A stretch of 64,000 bases of DNA, from assembly GCF_036971445.1 (NCBI RefSeq), contig NC_091478.1, positions 28,086,001-28,150,000 of the forward strand, given 5' to 3'. Source of the stretch: Narcine bancroftii. Taxonomy: Eukaryota. The position numbers and the translations under genes were made by a program. Of the stretch, positions 60,866 through 64,000 are shown piece after piece (the stretch's first letter is position 1; the number at the start of each line of letters is the position of its first letter). The notes under the pieces were generated by a model, which was not told the origin of the DNA, did no database searches, and saw only the letters and a list, made by a program, of their open reading frames with translations.

Positions 60866-63800
60866 ACATAACCCATTTTTAAACTAGTCGGCGAGGCTGG
60901 ACATGACGTTAATCTCATGACTACCTGAATGAAGCTACCGGGATAAAGACAAAGAGCAGCCAGGTGCAGACACCGAGAAGAACAGGCTGGGGAAGGTCAG
61001 TGTCAGTGCTCTGGAAGTTGCGGCAGGCCCCTTACACAAGGTTAGAACTGGAAGCAGGAGCGGGCCATTCAGGGTGTCCTGTCAGCCCATGATTCACTAT
61101 GTTCATGGCAGATCTCACTTCTGTGATAATCTAAATCCTTCATCCCCCAGGAAAGATACAAAACGTGGAATAAAACTCTTGTAATCCTTAAATGTACGCT
61201 GTGCAGTTTTATGTGTCAGTCATCCTGCTGACATCCAACTCCAGTCCATGGGTCTGTCCCAACTCCCAGATGATCGCACAGATGTCCCTGCCAAGCACCA
61301 ACCCTACAAGGTCAGTGAGATGAGTAAAACAATGGTCTCCCCATCCATCTGAACCTCAATGCTCCCTCTCACCATCACTCAGAGCTGACGAACCCATCCT
61401 GACCCACACATTTCACCTTCAACAACTTTCCACCCCAATGAAATGGAAAACTATAAATAGAGTTCACAAAAAAAAACTGGCGATGTTAGTAAAACATGAA
61501 AGTCTGCAGACACCATAGTTGAAGCAAAAACACAATGCTGGAGAAACTCAGCAGGTCAAATGAAGATAAAGACACATAACCAATGTTTTGGGCTTGATCC
61601 CTTCATCAAGGTATGATAAAACATCAAAATGATGATGTTTCACACAAATGTACCTGAATGTCATCTTCCTCGAGACTCCCTGCTAACTCTTAACTGCATA
61701 ATTTCAAGTTCAATTTCATTGAAGTTTGTTGTCACATGCATCAAGATGCAGTGATAAAGTTTATTCGGTGAGCAGTCTAACTGGACATCTCATACATAGT
61801 ACATCAAATAAGACACAATACAAAGTAACAGACAGATCTGTTGGTACAGAGCAAAGGCAATATAACTTTACTGTTGTGAGGTTCAATCAAGAGTCTGATA
61901 ATGGCAGAAAAGAAATGATCCTTGATCAGCACTCCAGCGCTAGAAACACACAGAAAGCTGATCATTATTTTCCAAAAGGTGTTACTGCAGATTAATTGTA
62001 TGCAGTCATTGGAGAGGACAAGACTGAGGGAGGCTTTGTGATGCACTCAGTGGTGAAATATTCCACCCAGCCCAGATCCAAACATAGCTCAGTGACCAGT
62101 GTCTGAGAAACCAATATCTGAGTGAAATCCTGCAACTTTAGCAGAGGGAAGGGGGATGAAAAGACTGAACATGTGACATTTCTTTCAACTGCAAAATCCA
62201 CAAGGCAATTAAAGGGCTTCAGGACATGAATGCCTGAAGCTGGCCTGTAAGATGGAAGGATGGGTCCTGGGTTCTCTATGGAGCATTGAACAAAGTGGGA
62301 TAAACCCATGAAAGCAAAAAGGAAGGGTCTACCCCAAAGTAAAAATGCAATGCTCAAGAAAGTCTGCTGGTCAAACAATGTACTTTATATAGTAAAGATA
62401 AAGATACATAACCAGCGTTCCAGGCTTGAGCCCTTTGTCAAAGTGTGAGCACCTGAACAAAATGGTGGGGGTAAGGGGCAGGGGGAGAAGCACAGTCCCA
62501 CAGGCAGGAGATAATAGGTGGATAATGGAGGGAGGGAGGGAAGGCACACCAGCAAACAGGGGGAGGGGGATAGTTCTGTGAATGGAGAAGAAAGGGGTGA
62601 AGAGCTGGAGGAGAGAAGAGAGATGGATGGGACTCCCCAGTCAGCTTTGGTATACCCCAAAGCTGACTGGTAAGTTACTGTTGAGGATGATGAAGTATAC
62701 TTTCTTTATACACATTGCTTGTTCTCCTCTCAAGAGTTCCCAAGATTCATTGGCAAAGAAGCTCACTTTCAGAATCAGTCCAGTGGACTTGCAATCAATG
62801 AATCATAATTGGTGGGAGGGGGAGGATTCTTTCTCATTTACAATGGAAAAATTCACATGCCAACTCAGACCAGAACAAAGAGTCACATTGTTTAACCCTT
62901 TCACCCAGCTAGGGCTGGTCATGCAGAAGTTTCAGTTCATCATTAAATTCTGCTTACTGCAAACGTATATTTGAATCTAAACCTTTTTGTCCCTGTCAAC
63001 TGCAATCAATGGCAATGATTCAATTTGCAAACATTCAGGAATTTGTGTACAATCCTACTTGTAACGGTGATGTATGAGTAAAAATCGTTTAAAAATCAGT
63101 ATCTTTCTCTCATCATCGTTCTAGTGTTTTGGATGGGTGAGGATTTAGTTCTGCACATGGCTCTTTCAGGTGAGATGTAAACTGAAGCTCTATCTAGTCC
63201 GTTAGTTACCAGAGCAGATCATTTCATTGATGTTTGCCTAACTTTCCCCCTGAGGATTTAATTTGTTGCAGAATGGTTTGGAATGTCCTGTGTTTGACAC
63301 ACTGAGAAATGCATCTCCATCTCTTCTCTGGAAGCTGGGGATCTGTTATGGGAATGTCACAATCAGACAGAGCCCAGGAGGTATGGAAGGGGGGCTTGTA
63401 ACATCATCAATGAAAGCCTCAGCTTGCGGCACTATAGCTACGACCTTAGTCAATGGTTTAATTTTTTCTAACCAACCTCACTTACTATCTGATGCTTCAG
63501 CCTCCTGAGATATATCCCTATTTTCCTTTGATAACATTCTTTTTCTAATAATCTTCCTGTCCTGAGCCAATTTACAAGGGCAATCTATATACACAGACAT
63601 CACAAACTTTTTCATCATGGTCAGAAGTTAATTGCGTTCAGCAATACAGTAGGAAATGTGGAAGTGACCAGTGGAAAGGTGAGAACTTTGAAACATAAAG
63701 TGAATGGAAATTTTCTTATCCATTCACAAGGCGGTACAGTGGGTGTGATGGATAGGGTAATACTGTTACAGCTCCAGGACTGGGGTTCAAATCCAGTGCT

Positions 63801-64000
63801 GTCTGAAAGAAATTTATACGTTCTCCCTGTGTCTGCATGGGTTTCCTCCAGGTGCCCCAATTTCCCCCTACCCTTCAAAACCTACCAGGGTTGTAGGTCG
63901 ATTGAGTGTAATTGGGTGACATGGGCTGAAAGGGCCTGTTTCTGTGCTGTATATCTAAATTAAAATTTTTAAATTTAATGTAAAAAATTTAAATAAATTT

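Noticed and set aside
60216-60918. Multiple Pro- or Gly-rich ORFs
   Set aside because: Low-complexity purine repeat with no splice or homology support.
61250-61305. Possible next FBXW4 exon (minus strand, ...GH...IIWEL after an acceptor-like TTGTAG)
   Set aside because: The motifs are in different frames, the expected FVTGTACC is missing and there is no suitable donor. The real exon is probably beyond 64000.

Overview
Vertebrate genomic DNA. The repeat landscape (CR1, L1/Tx1, Rex1/Babar-like and Penelope retroelements, V-domain tRNA-SINEs) points to a cartilaginous fish, probably a ray; the species cannot be fixed from sequence alone. The window holds the conserved POLL-DPCD-FBXW4 block. (1) POLL (DNA polymerase lambda), minus strand, complete: 7 coding exons between 22254 and 2378, 1722 nt, 573 aa, plus a probable non-coding first exon near 24361. 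(2) DPCD, plus strand, complete: 6 coding exons between 24587 and 40072, 612 nt, 203 aa, head-to-head with POLL across a CpG-rich promoter. (3) The last three coding exons of FBXW4, minus strand (45298-40652), tail-to-tail with DPCD; its upstream exons lie beyond the window. All exon junctions are GT-AG and phase-consistent. The introns are dense in transposons. I found no new protein-coding system. The most notable structures are: a palindromic two-way poly(A) signal (TTTATTgcaAATAAA) between DPCD and FBXW4; two tandem arrays that appear built from splice sites (four stacked acceptors before the POLL catalytic exon, and about 26 donor-like units after DPCD exon 1); an X-box/forkhead/ETS motif set with an AT palindrome in the shared promoter; a perfect 139-bp dispersed duplication; a cargo-carrying Harbinger-like element in a triple nest; and a Tx1-type LINE inserted in a satellite.
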